From assembly GCA_035221665.1 (NCBI GenBank), contig CM069141.1:41974001-42038000 (forward strand): a stretch of DNA of 64,000 bases, given 5' to 3'. The stretch comes from Okamejei kenojei. Taxonomy: Eukaryota. Shown here one piece after another: positions 25,483 through 38,743 of this stretch. Under the pieces are notes generated by a model. The model saw only the letters and a list, made by a program, of their open reading frames with translations, was not told the DNA's origin and ran no database searches. Every line of letters begins with the position of its first letter. Position 1 is the stretch's first letter. A program made the translations under genes and the position numbers.

Positions 25483-26167
25483 CTTGCATTCTCTTTCTCA
25501 GTTCTGATAAAGGGACTTCAAATCAGTTGTTTTTACAAAGTTCAGCACTGACACTTGGTTCCCTGCAGCTTTGTGGGATAGGTATTTCAGTCAATATATT
25601 CGGCTGATCTTTGATGTGCTATGTTTATGCCATCTTGTGGACGTCGAAGGAACAGTAGCCACCCAGTGTACAGAGTCTACTGGCTGCTGGTACAGTTGAG
25701 AAAGTTAATACAATCTAAAAACTTGTATGTCACAAAATGGAGGCTGGGATGTCTTTTCTAGTTCTATAATAAAATGGAAACCTACTGTAAGAAAGCATGC
25801 TTTGTCAAGGCTAAAAGAAGGAGGCAGTGCCAAGTGTGTAGAGCACAGCGTGTAATTGTAAAGATAAGTATCAGCTCTTTATTGGATAAGCCTGGTGTGG
25901 GTATAGCTTTTCTAAGCTTTTCATGTTCTAAAAGGCTGCAGAGCTTTTCAGTCATGCCATAAACGGACATGGGTGGAGTGTTTACTGATAAGATATTAGT
26001 AGAACGACATTGTCTCCACATTGTTTCGGTGAGTTGGAGCACGAGGAGGTGTGTGATGTAATCGATCATCTTAACAACTCTGCCAACTCCCGCCTGGCAT
26101 GCAATAAAATAATCTTGATTTACTTTTTGTCTGTTCGTCTGTGGAAGATATAACATACATTAACATT

Positions 26168-26185
26168 TGGCGTAGCCGGCAGGAT
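26168..26185 (+). promoter_or_regulatory. Retroviral primer-binding site complementary to tRNA-Ser
   Basis: TGGCGTAGCCGGCAGGAT begins 2 nt after the LTR-terminal CA. It differs at one position from the complement of the vertebrate tRNA-Ser 3' end as I recall it (TGGCGTAGTCGGCAGGAT). Confidence 0.8.
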
Positions 26186-27640
26186 TTCGCTGGACACTAT
26201 CTCTGAAGACTAAGTGGCTACTCTCTGACTGGCACCTCGAAGGCAATAGAAAGTGTACTATTGGACCCCTTGAGTTCGAGTTCCTGGGAACACTGTGGTC
26301 CCTCGTCTAAGGTTGATCTGGTTCCCTGCCGAAATCTTTATCACTGACAACGTAAGGTAAGAAGATTTTTCGCGATTTTTGGTTGAGTAGGTCAGACTAA
26401 GGAGGTAGTCTGTGGAGATTAATTGGCTACAGCAGTCCCACTCGTGGTCTGTCATAAATCTTGAGCATACCAGAGATCTGTGGAATTGGCTAGATCAGAC
26501 GAAGTGCGGTTTGTCGTAAATTGCAGATAAGATATCTGTGGAAGATTGCAGACTGTGGAAGATCTGTGGAAGATATTTTCGATTGGCTAGAGCACTCTGT
26601 GTGGGTCTGTCATCAATTAGAGGGCTGAGAATGCGACAAGCCCTAGGTAAGAATAATGGAGGGTGTCCAGTACAGTATATGTGTTATTTGGATCCGATAT
26701 GTTATTAGGATCCGAGAAAACTGAGAAAACTGATCAGGCAAAAGGATTTTCAAAAAAGAGAATATAAACAATTGGTAATGCGAAACATAAGCAAATATCC
26801 CTGGGGACCCATTGTCTGGCAAGGCGACCCTGTTTATAGAAGAGTGGGATGAGGAACAAAGTTGGGAATAGTGTAGACCACCTCCCCCATATGCCCTGGC
26901 CACCAGTTCCTAGCAGCAGGAGCTACCCCTCTAAGATCCCAAAGAGAGGGACTCCAGTACCCCTACAGGGAAAAGCACCCCCAGAAGAAAATTATTCTGA
27001 TAGCGACTCGGAAACTGAAAAGGAAAATGAGAAAGAAGAAGGGAAATTGCTGAGGCAGAAGAGGAAGGAGGAGCAGTAATTGAATCCAGCAGCGAGAGAG
27101 TTAAACAACGCAGAGTACCAGAGAGACAGGATATAAATCAAAAAGGCTGAATAGGGAAAAAGCATGAAATCAATGTGCTGATGACCTTCTGGTTGCAAGT
27201 ACAGAGATAAGGAGAATACTGAGGATACCAATGAGTTACTAAAAGCCTTCCATCGCTGGCATTACATTCTACCCAAACGGAAGGTAGTTCGGGGGCAGCA
27301 GAAGCAGTAGCAATGGCGATGGCTGTCCACAAGGAGAGATAGAAAATGATTTGGACAAAGGCTTTGTGGCCAGGTTTGCTGGTGATAAGAGTCTGCCCCC
27401 TGTACAAATTACCATCGAACTTTGTGTAATTTTTGGCACATAGCCCGTCTCCCTGATGGGGAGAGAGGAAGAGGTCATGGGGAGAGATGTGAGTAACCGG
27501 GCAAGTGTGAGGTGTGGCAAGAACCTGAACAGCATCTGAAGCACAGAAGTGCATTGCTGACTGACAGGGAGTCTGACCAAGCACAATTCTAATCACAGCG
27601 CCCAGGATCAAATTTTGCGATATTGCTCAGTACTACAGAA

Positions 27641-28336
27641 CAGGAGTGAAAAACCCGGGGGGGCTAGAGGGGACACGTCCCCTCCATGTTTTGAGAGGTG
27701 GGGGTCATCCCACCCAGGTTTTTGTGATCCGGATTTAAAAATCTCCGCTTTCCGCAAGACAGTGGAGGTGGGACTGCTGACCGAGGGCGCCGATTGGACG
27801 AGAGAGATGTCGGTCAGCAGGAAATGGGGGCGGGACATGATGATCCGGTGCGATGATTGGAGGAGGGAGATGTGAGTGCGGGGGGTGGGACTGAGGATAG
27901 AGTGCGGGGATTGGAGGAGGGAGACGTGTCACAGACCTGCACCTCAACCGCAGCCAGGATCGATCCCGGCCGGGTCTCCGGCGCTGTCCCATCCCCACCC
28001 TCCATGGGTGGCCAGAGACATTGGCAGTCAGACGGGCGCGGCACCCCCAGGCCCACAGAGAGTGCTAAACCCATCTCAACTCTGCCTGTCCCACTAAGTG
28101 AACCTGCCTGGGCTTGCGGGAAATATGGCCAGCGCGGAGAAGCAGCGCTGGTGTCCCATCAGTCCAAACAGGGCTATAGTTGACCCAGCAAGACGGGCAG
28201 AGTTGAGCTACATTTAGCACTGGATTGAGCCTCCGAAGCCTTGCGCTTGTGTGGGTGAGTATGCGCATGCGCGCGCGGCCGCCAAAAAATTGTGCCCCCC
28301 GTCCCCTCCATGTTTTGATAGCAAGTTCCGCTCTTG
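27641..28336. mobile_element. hAT-type non-autonomous DNA transposon inserted in the ERV
   Basis: 8-bp TSD ctacagaa (27633-27640/28337-28344); imperfect TIR caggagtgaa / ttccgctcttg. Confidence 0.75.
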
Positions 28337-30114
28337 CTACAGAATGAGCATTGACACCCCACCCGGGTGGATCCCATTGTGAACCACACCAGCCCGACCA
28401 CCCCTAAACAAATGAGGGCTTTTCCAGGCGTGGTTAATTTCTGCCAGTAGTGAATCCCCGATGGGGCATTATAAACTAAACTACTGTCTCCCATGCCTCT
28501 GTCAAGGCACTGAACAATTCACTATCTCACTCCAACAAGAAGACTTTCGCAACTTAAAAAAAGTGTTGGCTATTGCACCAGCCACCCTATGCGATGAGCC
28601 TACTGCACGCCTTATTCCTCCAAGTCAACCTGGCCATTATTAAGTCTAATGCCCATACGAGTGGCCGCGATAAAGTCTTCCAGGGGAATGCCCTGGCTGA
28701 CATTACTGTCTGCACGACAGCTTACGAATTCTGCAAATTGGTCCCCACAGAACCAAAGATTCTAGTAGACAGAATGGCTCTGCCAGACATGGGTGATGTA
28801 AAGTTAATGCAGGGGGGATGCCTCTACCGTGTAACATGATTTTTGGAAATGAGAGGGCTATTCCTTTGACCCTTTGACAGGCCTCTGGCTCACCCCTCTC
28901 AGATGAATTTGTATACCTGATGCTTTTCTGCCCATTCTATTGCACTATATACACTCCCTTACGCATGCTGGTAAGGAAGGAAGGGAATGTGGAATGTAGC
29001 TTACACTTTGAAGCTTTTATGAAATGGCCCGTGTCTAGGAGGGTGAGTAGCAACAGCGGACAGAGAGAGGGTCAAGTGGGATACAAGGGATGTATTTATG
29101 AACAAAGGATGAACGTATTTGGGTGTATCAAAATATTTAGAGTTTGCATGATTTCCTTGAGGTGAGAGTGAGAAAACTGTTACTTGTTTGTGGGCGAATG
29201 TTGAATGAATACTATAATTCAGATGAAATAGGATATCATTGAAAGAGCTTGCTCGTTTACGTGATAAATCTTTGTAGAGTCTCATGTGGTAGTGTCTCTT
29301 TAAGAAGTTGCAGTTATGTGGGGATGGAACCACACACAGTTATTTTCTTTTCCTTTGTTCTTTGCAAATGCGTTAGTAATCTATATGAAAACTAACTGGT
29401 TATTCTTTGTTTTCTCTTAACTTTCAAGGCAAATATGCAGTTTATTTTGTCTTATCGATGTTTTACGTTTGTTTTCTTCCTATTTCTTACCTTTTGAATT
29501 GAGTTCAAGATAGAGTAGAGGTGTTAAATGAAATTGGAAATGCCTTTATCTCAGGAAAAAAAACATTGTTAATTTCAAATTGTGAATTTGGGGAGATAGA
29601 TTGGAACAATTGGGAATAATTTTTTATTACTTTTTTTCTCTTAATATGATCTATTTTTAAAGAGTCTGCCTTGTAAGTAGTTAAAGAGTGATCTCACATC
29701 TCCCACCACTCATAGACTTCTGGATTAGTGGAGGGAATGAATATGACACTAAAGAGTTTAAGTAAGGCCATGACCGAGACTGTACAGGAATGGGTTAAGG
29801 TATTCCCAGCCATTCTGATGGTTCATAATTACCCCAGCTAGATTGGGTTAACGCCTTTTGAACTGATAACAGGACAAGCTATGTACCTACCAGAAGATGA
29901 CCCACTTTAAAATGAGGGTGACCCCACGCTACATACCCCGTGGGGTGCAACTAGAATGTGGAAGTTAGTTTTGACCTACAGGCCCTCAGCGATGAATTAA
30001 TTACATATGCACAGCAATTAACCCGAACCTTGTCAGTCTTGCATTCACAGGCATTGGAAGCGCAGAAGCCACTACCAGTTGAACACAGGGACAACCCATA
30101 CTACCGGGAGACTA

Positions 30115-31110
30115 CGTACTAATAATTCCTGTCACTGTAAAACATCCCCACAGCATGATGCTGCCACCACCATGCTTCACCGTAGGTATGGTATTGGCCA
30201 GGTGATGAGTGGTGCCTGGTTTCCTCCAGGCATGACGCTTGGCATTCAAGCCAAAAGGTTTAATCTTGGTTTCATCAGACCAGAGAATCTTGTTTCTCAT
30301 GCCTTTTGGCAAACTCCAAGCGGGCTGTCATGTGCATTTTATTGAGGAGTGGCTTCCGTCTGGCCACTCTACCATAAAGGCCTAATAGATGAAGTGCTGC
30401 AGATATAGTTGTCCTTCTGGAAGGTTCTCCCATCTCCACAGAAGAACTCTGGAGCTCTGTCAGAGTGACTTGGTTATTGGTCACCTCCCTGACCAAGGCC
30501 CTTCTCCCCCCGATTGCTCAGTTTGGCCGGGCGACCAGCTCTATGAAGAGTCCTGGTGGTTCCAACGTTCTTCCATTTAAGAATGACGGAGGCCACAGTG
30601 CTCTTTGGGACCTGCAATACTGCAGAAATTGTTTCATAATACCTTCCCCAGATCTGTGTCTCGACACAATCCAGGCTCGGAGGTCTACGGACAATTCCTT
30701 CATCTTCATGGCTTGGTTTTTGCTCTGGCATGCACTATCAACTGTGAGGCCTTATATAGACAGGTGTGTGCTTTTCCAAATCATATCCAATCCATTTAAT
30801 TTACCACTGGTGGACTCCGATCAAGTTGTAGAAACATCTCAAGGATAATCAATGGAAACAGGATGAACCAAAGCTCACTTTTGAATGTCATAGCAAAGGG
30901 TCTGAATACTAATGTAAATGTGATATTTCAGTTATTTCTTTTTAATTACTTTTGCAAAAATTTCTAAACACCTGTTTTCGCTTCTTCATTCTGGGGTATT
31001 GTGTGTAGATTGATGATGAAAAAAAAGAATTTAATCCATTTTTAAATAAGCCTGTAACACAACAAAATTTGGAAAAAGTGAAGGGGTCTGAATACATTCT
31101 GAATGCACTG
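30115..31110 (-). mobile_element. Tc1 transposon, 5' half (frameshifted transposase)
   Basis: TIR cagtgcattcagaatgtattcagacccc with flanking TA. Translated pieces [62 protein letters not shown]. Confidence 0.93.
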
Positions 31111-31680
31111 TATATGCTCTTCACAAGTTGCTCCATGTGTCTAAGCCCACTACCTATAAATTAAAAATAATAATCATGACATTTTGATTGCCACAACTTT
31201 CTTTATCAATTGTCCTTCTCGCCTAATATAGGCATGTTTGTTCTGCAAGCATTAGCACAAAAAAGATGCTTTGATTGAGAAAAGTTTGAGATCATCAGTA
31301 CACTAAAAATACGAGTAGTTAATGAGTACTTCTATACATTCTCTTATATTTACACTTGCAAATGTCTGCTGAAGCCAGCCTCGGTTACATTGAAGCCATC
31401 ATATTAGTTACGCAATGACCTGCTACTTTGGGTACACTGTCACATAGCAGAAATCCAGAAGAAAAGTTCATACAAACAAAAATTTCCACAAACAATATAT
31501 GGAGTCTCTCTTGCAATCATGCTGTTCTTGTTCACAAAAGTGAAGTTTGAGCCTGAGTAATACAAAGATGGCAGATCACTGGTGAATGGACCTTTGATGT
31601 TCTGCATGAACTAGACAGGCTGCTGTGCATGGTGTGAAGATGAGAAAGCATAGAACTATTACAGAATGAATGAAACACTT

Positions 31681-31715
31681 CTACGATGAAAGATGTTCAT
31701 TTTCTGTTTGTTTAC
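31681..31715 (-). CDS. Candidate terminal coding exon (cytoplasmic tail) of TIM copy B
   Basis: Acceptor atttttgtttctgattcatag|GT; phase 1 matches the TM exon and gives (C)KQTENEHLSS*. Nearby alternative acceptors (~31807, ~31957) would give even shorter tails. Confidence 0.5.
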
Positions 31716-32610
31716 CTATGAATCAGAAACAAAAATATTAATGATCTTCGATCAATTCGAAATATTTATGATCTTACAAGTATGTTTCACCAAATTTATA
31801 TATTAACCTGAAGCATAAAATGTTCCCAATATTGATTTGGATTTTTCAGTAACAGAAACATCTTCATAAATTCAGTATTAATTTCTGTATTAATATAGTA
31901 TTACAATTCTGAACTGCTATCAGACTTTCCATGTGGCAGTAATTCCTATATTCTATCCTGAAAGATCCAGTTTCAGTTTTAGCAATGCCATTTAATCCTA
32001 TTCTCCCAATTCATTAGAAAATATTTCTTTCAATATCCATCAATTTACTTTAACACCTTGAAGACATTCGTGCAGGGTCTTAAAATTGCTAAGATTACAT
32101 AAACTTTCACCTAGAAGTAGTTTCTTCCCACATTGAATCCAATATCATGTCCTTCTCCCCAATTTATCTTGCCTCGTTAACTTGCCAACCTCTATTACAT
32201 ATCTGTTCTCCATGTCTTTAAAATAATGTCTGCACCCCATCCATGACCTCTCCTCAATGTAAGCCTGCATCATTCTCGAGCTCTGCCTCCTAGCATTAGT
32301 CTCCCGTTCTTTTAATTCTCCTAATGTGCTGTCATTCCTCATCTCCACCATCAAAGGCAGGGGCCTTGGCCAATATAGCTCTGGCCGTATGAATGCTTTG
32401 AAATCCCCATCTATTTGGTTACATCTTTCCTATTTCTTCAAATGTGTAATTTTAATTCTTAAAATGTATTTTCTAATTAACCTAGCATTCATTCCCCTCC
32501 CCTGCATTAACTCACATCCATGGTCACATATTGCAAGTTAACAATAACTTGCACAAATATCACAAGAAAGTGTGTTGACTAAAGGCAGGTTCCTAGACAG
32601 TGATACTTAC

Positions 32611-32716
32611 ATATCCATTGGCAAAGGAGCAGAGTGATTGAAAGAAAGCAGATGACTAAGACACGGGCTACCCAGGGAAGATAAGAAATCAAGATGTTTA
32701 CCAACTCATCGGGAAC
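32611..32716 (-). CDS. Transmembrane exon of TIM copy B
   Basis: tatttcag|GTT...ATAT|gtaagt; 106 bp, phase 0 to 1; VPDELVNILISYLPWVARVLVICFLSITLLLCQWI; lies in non-repetitive DNA downstream of the IgV exon. Confidence 0.75.
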
Positions 32717-32809
32717 CTGAAATAGATACACAATATCAGAGAACAAGATTTTCTTCACTATTTTAAATCTAAAATGCATGAACTGCAACCATTGACCATT
32801 ATAAGGTCA

Positions 32810-33450
32810 AAAAGTCATAAAGCCATTCGGCCCATCAAGTCTACTCCACCAATCAATCATGATTGAATCATAGGTCTCCCTCCAAACCCTATTCTCCTGC
32901 CTACTCCCCATAACCTCTGAGACCTGTACTAATTAAAAATGTTTCTATCTCTGCCTTAAAAATATCCACTGACTTGGCCTCCCCAGCCTTCTGTGGCAAA
33001 GAATTCTACAGATTCACCACCCTTTGACGAAATAAATGTCTCCTCATCCCCTTCCCAAAAGAACGTCCTTTAAATTCTGTGGCTATGACCTCTAGTCCTA
33101 GACTCTCCCACTCGTGGAAACATCCTCTCCACATCCACTCTACTGAAGCATTTACTATTCTCTATGTTTCAATGAGGTCACCCTTCATTCTTCTAAACTC
33201 CAGCGAGTACAGGACCAGTGCCGACAAACATTCATCATAGATTAACCTACTCATTCCCTGGATCATTCTCGTCAACCTCCTCTGGACCCTCTCCAGAGCC
33301 AGCACATCCTTCCACAGATACAGTGCCCAACATTGCTCACGATATTCCAAATGCGGCCTTGCCAATAGAGCCTCAGCATTACATCCCTGTTTTTGTATAC
33401 ATGACCTCTTGAAATAAATGCTAGCATTGAGTTTGCTTTCTTTACTACCG
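32810..33450 (-). mobile_element. CR1-type LINE 3' fragment
   Basis: ORF 33162-33485 contains RPHLEY..LERVQRR.TRMI..LYSLEFRRMKGDLIE. Confidence 0.9.
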
Positions 33451-33846
33451 ATTACGCTAAGTAAAGTGCAATTGGAACCAAACAAACTGATAGAAGAACA
33501 TAACTATAAGAGCAGGAAGTCCCTCAAGTCATCTCTGGTGTTCAATAAGACCATGACTGACTGAGCTGTGGCCACAACTCTTCCCTCCCTGTGTGATGCT
33601 CAATGGCTGATCAATCGATAACCCATATTATCCAGTTGCCAGCATTCGGCTTGGAATGATAAAGCTGCCAGGCCACATATTTGGACAAGAAAATAGTTAA
33701 CCTTTCAGATCAATTAAATGATAGATCATCCACCTGAAACATAAATTCTGTTTCTCCCTTCACAAATGCTGTCTAACCTGCTGAGTATTTGGGGCATTTT
33801 ATATTAAATTTCAGATGATCAGAAGCACAGTAAATGTCCTCATGTA

Positions 33847-35057
33847 CAGTGCCCTCCATAATGTTTGAGACAAAGACCCATCATTTATTTTATTTGGCTC
33901 TATACTCCACAATTTGAGATTTGTTATATAAAAAAATAACATATTGTTAAAGTGCACATTGTCAGATTTTAATAAAGACCATTTTTATATATTTTGGTTT
34001 CAACATGTAGTAATTACAGCAGTGTTTATACAGACCCCCCATTCATTGGCACAACTTTGGTCCCCATGTTGATAAACAGCAATAACAGTTTCCATAGGTG
34101 ATGGAAAGACTGGAGGAAAGATAAGGTGCTGAGAGCTCTCTTATACATGCATTAAGTAGGTATGTTCCAATACTTTTTAAATGCCATTTTCTCCTGCCTG
34201 TCCGAGATATATTTTCTCGGGCTGCAAGGCAATTCAGAAAAATCGTTCCGACTTCCGTTCTCGGAAGTTTTTTTAAAAAAATCGCGGGACAATTTAATCG
34301 CTGGAGTAAAATAACGCCGACAGCGGGACGGATCTCACATAGGGGACAAACATCAGGTAAGTCGTCTATTTTACATGTAAACTTGTTTCTTAGGATGACT
34401 TTAATCAAAATTTCATTGCCGAAAATGTGATTTTGGCCCCATACGAACCGGAAGTGTTTTTTCTGCCGATATGGGGTTCAAATTCACTGCAACCGCAACG
34501 TTCCAATCGATCGCGTTCCACAAAATCCCACTCGCAAGATGATTTAAATGGCCATTAATTTACGGGAATTAAACATTAAATTCCTTCCATTTGGCCTATA
34601 AATTCATGACAATGAGATTTAAAAATCATGTTTAATTGTGGATTCTTGTCTGAATGTTATTTCAACACTTAGGCTATTTAAAAATGTTCATCTTTTCTTA
34701 AGAAATGGATAGATGTTTAGATCTAGTAATTGAATTTTGTAATTAGCTACGATTAGGTATGCTTTAATTTCAGATCATCCAAGTAAGATTGTTTCATATT
34801 TGTTTCAGAATGCTTTAATCTATAATAACTGAAAATGTATAACTGAATTATGGTGCCCTGAAATAGGGGGACTATGTATAAACACAGCTGTAATTTCTAA
34901 AAGATGAAACCAAAATGTATTAAAATACCATTTAATAAAATCTGACAATGTGCACTTTAACCACATGTGATTTTGCTTTATTACAAATCTCAAATTGTGG
35001 AGTACAGGCAAATAAATAAATGATGGGTCTTTGTCCCAAACATTATGGAGGGCACTG
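33847..35057. mobile_element. Non-autonomous Tc1/mariner element with ~200-bp TIRs
   Basis: ta|cagtgccctccataatgtttg ... caaacattatggagggcactg|ta; inverted arms ~33847-34040 and ~34850-35057. Confidence 0.85.
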
Positions 35058-35894
35058 TAAATGCAAAAAAAAAAAAGAATTTCCCTATTTATTTATTTAG
35101 ATATGTTTTCTCTTTATCTAAATAGGTAACATGCTTGTCAGTTTCTCAAACCCTTGGTGTGCTAAATCTAATATCTAATATGCAGTCCAATGGCCTCGTA
35201 TTATCACCTATTAATTGCTGAAAAGTTTAGTTTGTATCTTCCTCATCCTACACCTTCAACCGTCTACTTTTGATGCTCTGTTTGAATGAAATCAGCTCCA
35301 CTTTTACATTTTTCTCTGTCTTGTACTTGCTCATTTAAATCAGCAAGATCCAGCAGATCTGATAAGGCCCTCCATGTGAATTTTGTCAGAGAAAGAGAAT
35401 GATTTTCCTCCTCAAAATAAAGAAGTGCCCATTTCTCTATATGATTGATCACAATCCAAATGAAATCTCATTCTCAGTTGTTTCACAATCGAGCTGTAGA
35501 TTCCTTTGATTACATTTATTATTTGTTAATGATGCTAATCTGTTTTCTCTTAAGTGTAAATTACAAGAATTTTAAGGGGGGGATTCCAAATCTTGACAAT
35601 ATCAGAAATCCCTAGGAGGGTGAAAAAAAGTCTCCTGCTTTTGAATGTACAGGTGGTTCTGCTATCACGCATGTTTCTGTTACTCAAATTGAATATAACA
35701 CGAGTGATGAATTAGGGAACAATAATTGCATTATGTGCCTAATTGGTTAGAACCTAAGTTTGACAGGGAACCAGAGAACTAATTAGAAGTTACTTTGGAA
35801 CTCGACAAGCAGAAGAAAAGCTGCCTTGCATTTAAACAGTATAGAGAAAAAAACATCTGTTTTCATGTAATCTCCCAGCAGCTCTTGGACAACA

Positions 35895-36223
35895 TACTTG
35901 CTGGGCCCATCAGCCGCACCTGAGCAGTTGGGGGAGGGTTGCCGGGTGTACTTCATTCGCGTCACAATGGGGTTTTGTATGATTTAGCAAAGTAATTCAC
36001 TTTATAAACTTTAATTAACCACTTGCCGGGCCCGTCAGCCTCGTCACAATTGAAAATGGCGCCGGGCCCGTCAACCCTCCCCTAACGGCGCACGCACGGA
36101 TACTGGGTCTGGCACCTTCCCCCAACTGCGCAGGCGCGGCTGACAGGATGAGATCGTCATTTTCAGATCGCCTCGAGACTTTCAGAAACTGCCATCACAA
36201 AGGGGCCCAACGGGTCGTCTAGT
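35895..36223. mobile_element. Possible Helitron-like non-autonomous element
   Basis: GC-rich with an internal inverted repeat (cagccgcacctgagcagttgggg / ccccaactgcgcaggcgcggctg); ends gggcccaacgggtcgtCTAGt. Confidence 0.35.
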
Positions 36224-37460
36224 TACCTCTAAAGAACACAGCTGACACTTTAACTGTAGCCGACCACTGAAATTGACAAGCAATCACTCCTATGGGCATG
36301 TGTAACAATGCTCATAATGTGTGATCAGAACAGTATAGGTTTCAACAATGTTTTGAATGGAGATAAGTCTGGATCTTGCAGGAAGTTACTAAATTGGAGT
36401 AAGGCAAATTACAACATTATTAGGCAATTGTTCAGGAAGATACATTGGAAGCAGTCGTTAGTATGTAAGACCCTATCTGACATGTAGGAGTCGCTTTAAG
36501 GATAGTTCGTCAAAGTTCACGACTGGCATATTCCAGGAAGGAGGAGGGATAAGGATAGTAAATTAAGGGAACCTTGGATGACCAAAAAAAAATGGATGAT
36601 TGGAATATGATACCAACACAGATAGTAAGTAGTCTGGATTTTCCCCCAAAACACTGTGCAAATTGGCACAGGGAAGCTACAAGCAGAGAGTTAAATGTTT
36701 GACTCAAATATTGGTGCGGAAGAAATGGGTTTCAATTCATGGGACAGTGGCGGCAGAGTTGCAGGGAAAGAATAAATTGTTCATCTGGGACATGTTTTAC
36801 TTGAATCATGCTGAGACAATGTGAAGACCCCGCCAGCACGCATGCGTAGCATATCGTCGCGCGCATTTGCATCGTCAGGCTGGGGGGGGGAGTGCGCTCT
36901 CTCCTCCGGCTCCTTCATAAAAGGCCGGCAGGTAAGTACTTACCTTCACTCCACAGGATGGACAAGAGCAAGAGGAAGGCGACGCTGTTGAGGAACCGAG
37001 CTGCATCGACCAGCCAACGCACCGGCAGCTTCGAGACATGTGGGGGCAAGAATGCGGAAGTCGGGCGCTCCCGCTACTTTAGCGCCCGACTCATCACCTG
37101 AGTGGTTTACCGCCCCGGAGCTGGATGCAACTGATCCAGACTTCGAGCCCCCTTCCCCCAAGAAAAGAGGGGGGGAAACAGGTACGTGCCAAGGGGCTTC
37201 GCTCATCGCAAGCGACCCCACCCCGAGTTCCAGTAGACCCGAGGGGGCTGGGCCGGGGGACAGCTGCACTATAGGGGAGCCCTACAGCTGTGCACCACCA
37301 CGTACCACTGCCAGGGAGATCTGCCATAGTGCAGTCTGGCAGCGCTGCTGCTGCGTCGAGCAGGCCTGCAGGAGCAGGTGCCGCCGACTAAACACCCCGT
37401 CAGGCTGCGGTCAAGGGCGGAGGTGGCAGCAGTAGACGGTCGGTCAGCTCAGCTCTGGGA

Positions 37461-38741
37461 GTGGCCGACCATGCGCCTCCACGTCAAAAATTGGCCGATT
37501 GTGGAGGTAAGCCTGCACGGACTCCGGGGAGCCAGGTTCTGGGGGCCGGCGCCGATCCAACTCACCTGCCTTCGTATCAGACAGGTGGGCCGCCACAGTC
37601 TGGAAGAAGACAGACTAGCGGAGAGTCCGTGCGGGAGTCGTATGAGCCTACTCGGGCGGTAGGTCACGACAACCTGCCATTGGACCCTAGACAGCACCTT
37701 ACGGAGGTGTGGTCCGATGGTGGAAGCCCCAGTGATTTTGCAGGGCCTGGGGAAGTCGGCTTGTCCGCTGCACATAGCAGGGACGGTCGCATAGAGCGGT
37801 TGGAGCTCTTAGTGGAGCAACTCCTCCAGCGGGACCGGGAACGGGAAGAGCGGGACTCACGGGCATCCACAAGCCGTGCAAGGAGCCCGCTCAGCATCTC
37901 GTCGTCACCAGCCAGAAGTGCTAGCAGTTGCCCAGCCGCTGTGTTTGAAGACGACCCAGGACAGCCAGTGACCGCTGAGCCAGAGCATGAGGAGGATATG
38001 CTGGACGAGGTGGGCAAGTTTGCCGCTACTACACAAACAGGGGAACCCCTGCACCACAAACTGGCGGGCACCATTGATTACCTGACTACTCACCAACTCC
38101 AGAGTCAGGTTCTCAATGATACCATAGAGAAAATAAAACCGCCCGAGAACTGCATCAACCTCAGTGTGCCCTTGGTTAATGCCCAGATCTGGGGACACTT
38201 GAGTACGGCCACCAGGATGCAGGATGTCCGCCTCCAGCGTATCTTAAAGGTTCTCTCCACGGGCATAACGGCGTTTGCTAGGACCCTGGACGGGGATAAT
38301 GTGTCCAGTGAACAACAAGATGCACTGGCACTCCTATGCCACGCCCAGTATGAGATAAACTGCCTGCGTAAGAGCTCCATTAAGCCCACACTCAACCCCA
38401 AATTCGCGGGGTTGTGCCGTCCATCAACCGCTCCACCGCCTCATCAATTGTTTGGAGACCTGTCCAAACAGGTGAAGGAACTGGACGAGGAGGCCAAAAC
38501 AGCTGGCCTCATGAAACCTCCTACGGCCAGACTTCACCCATATCACCGGCAACAGCCAAACACAACCTGGAAACCACGACTGCCGGACAGGACACAAAGG
38601 ACCTATCCACCTCCACTTCCCCAAACACAACGACCTTTTTTAGGGCAAGGCCAACAGTGGCCTGCATGGAAGATGCGGCCGCCATCCCGTCAACCTCCAC
38701 AACGTCCACCCAAAACACCATACGTAAGGAACCGTCACTAA
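37461..38741 (+). CDS. DIRS ORF1 (gag-like); true start probably further upstream (~36958), frameshifted
   Basis: 426-aa ORF with P.NC..L.VP.VN..IW, D..LQ, and LFG motifs typical of DIRS gag; Pro/Gln-rich tail. Confidence 0.8.
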   Translation: MADHAPPRQKLADCGGKPARTPGSQVLGAGADPTHLPSYQTGGPPQSGRRQTSGESVRESYEPTRAVGHDNLPLDPRQHLTEVWSDGGSPSDFAGPGEVGLSAAHSRDGRIERLELLVEQLLQRDREREERDSRASTSRARSPLSISSSPARSASSCPAAVFEDDPGQPVTAEPEHEEDMLDEVGKFAATTQTGEPLHHKLAGTIDYLTTHQLQSQVLNDTIEKIKPPENCINLSVPLVNAQIWGHLSTATRMQDVRLQRILKVLSTGITAFARTLDGDNVSSEQQDALALLCHAQYEINCLRKSSIKPTLNPKFAGLCRPSTAPPPHQLFGDLSKQVKELDEEAKTAGLMKPPTARLHPYHRQQPNTTWKPRLPDRTQRTYPPPLPQTQRPFLGQGQQWPAWKMRPPSRQPPQRPPKTPYVRNRH

Positions 38742-38743
38742 CC

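Larger units (their letters stand above)
25786..30115 (+). mobile_element. Degraded endogenous retrovirus (class I-like): 5' LTR, PBS, gag/pol/integrase remnants
   Basis: LTR ~25786-26165 (TG..CA, AATAAA at 26103). RT connection PTTPKQMRAF.GVVNFC (~28390-28445), RNase H AIIKSNAHT..GNALAD (~28630-28700), integrase SGLVEGMN.TLK and GLTPFELITG (~29715-29875). Confidence 0.8.
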
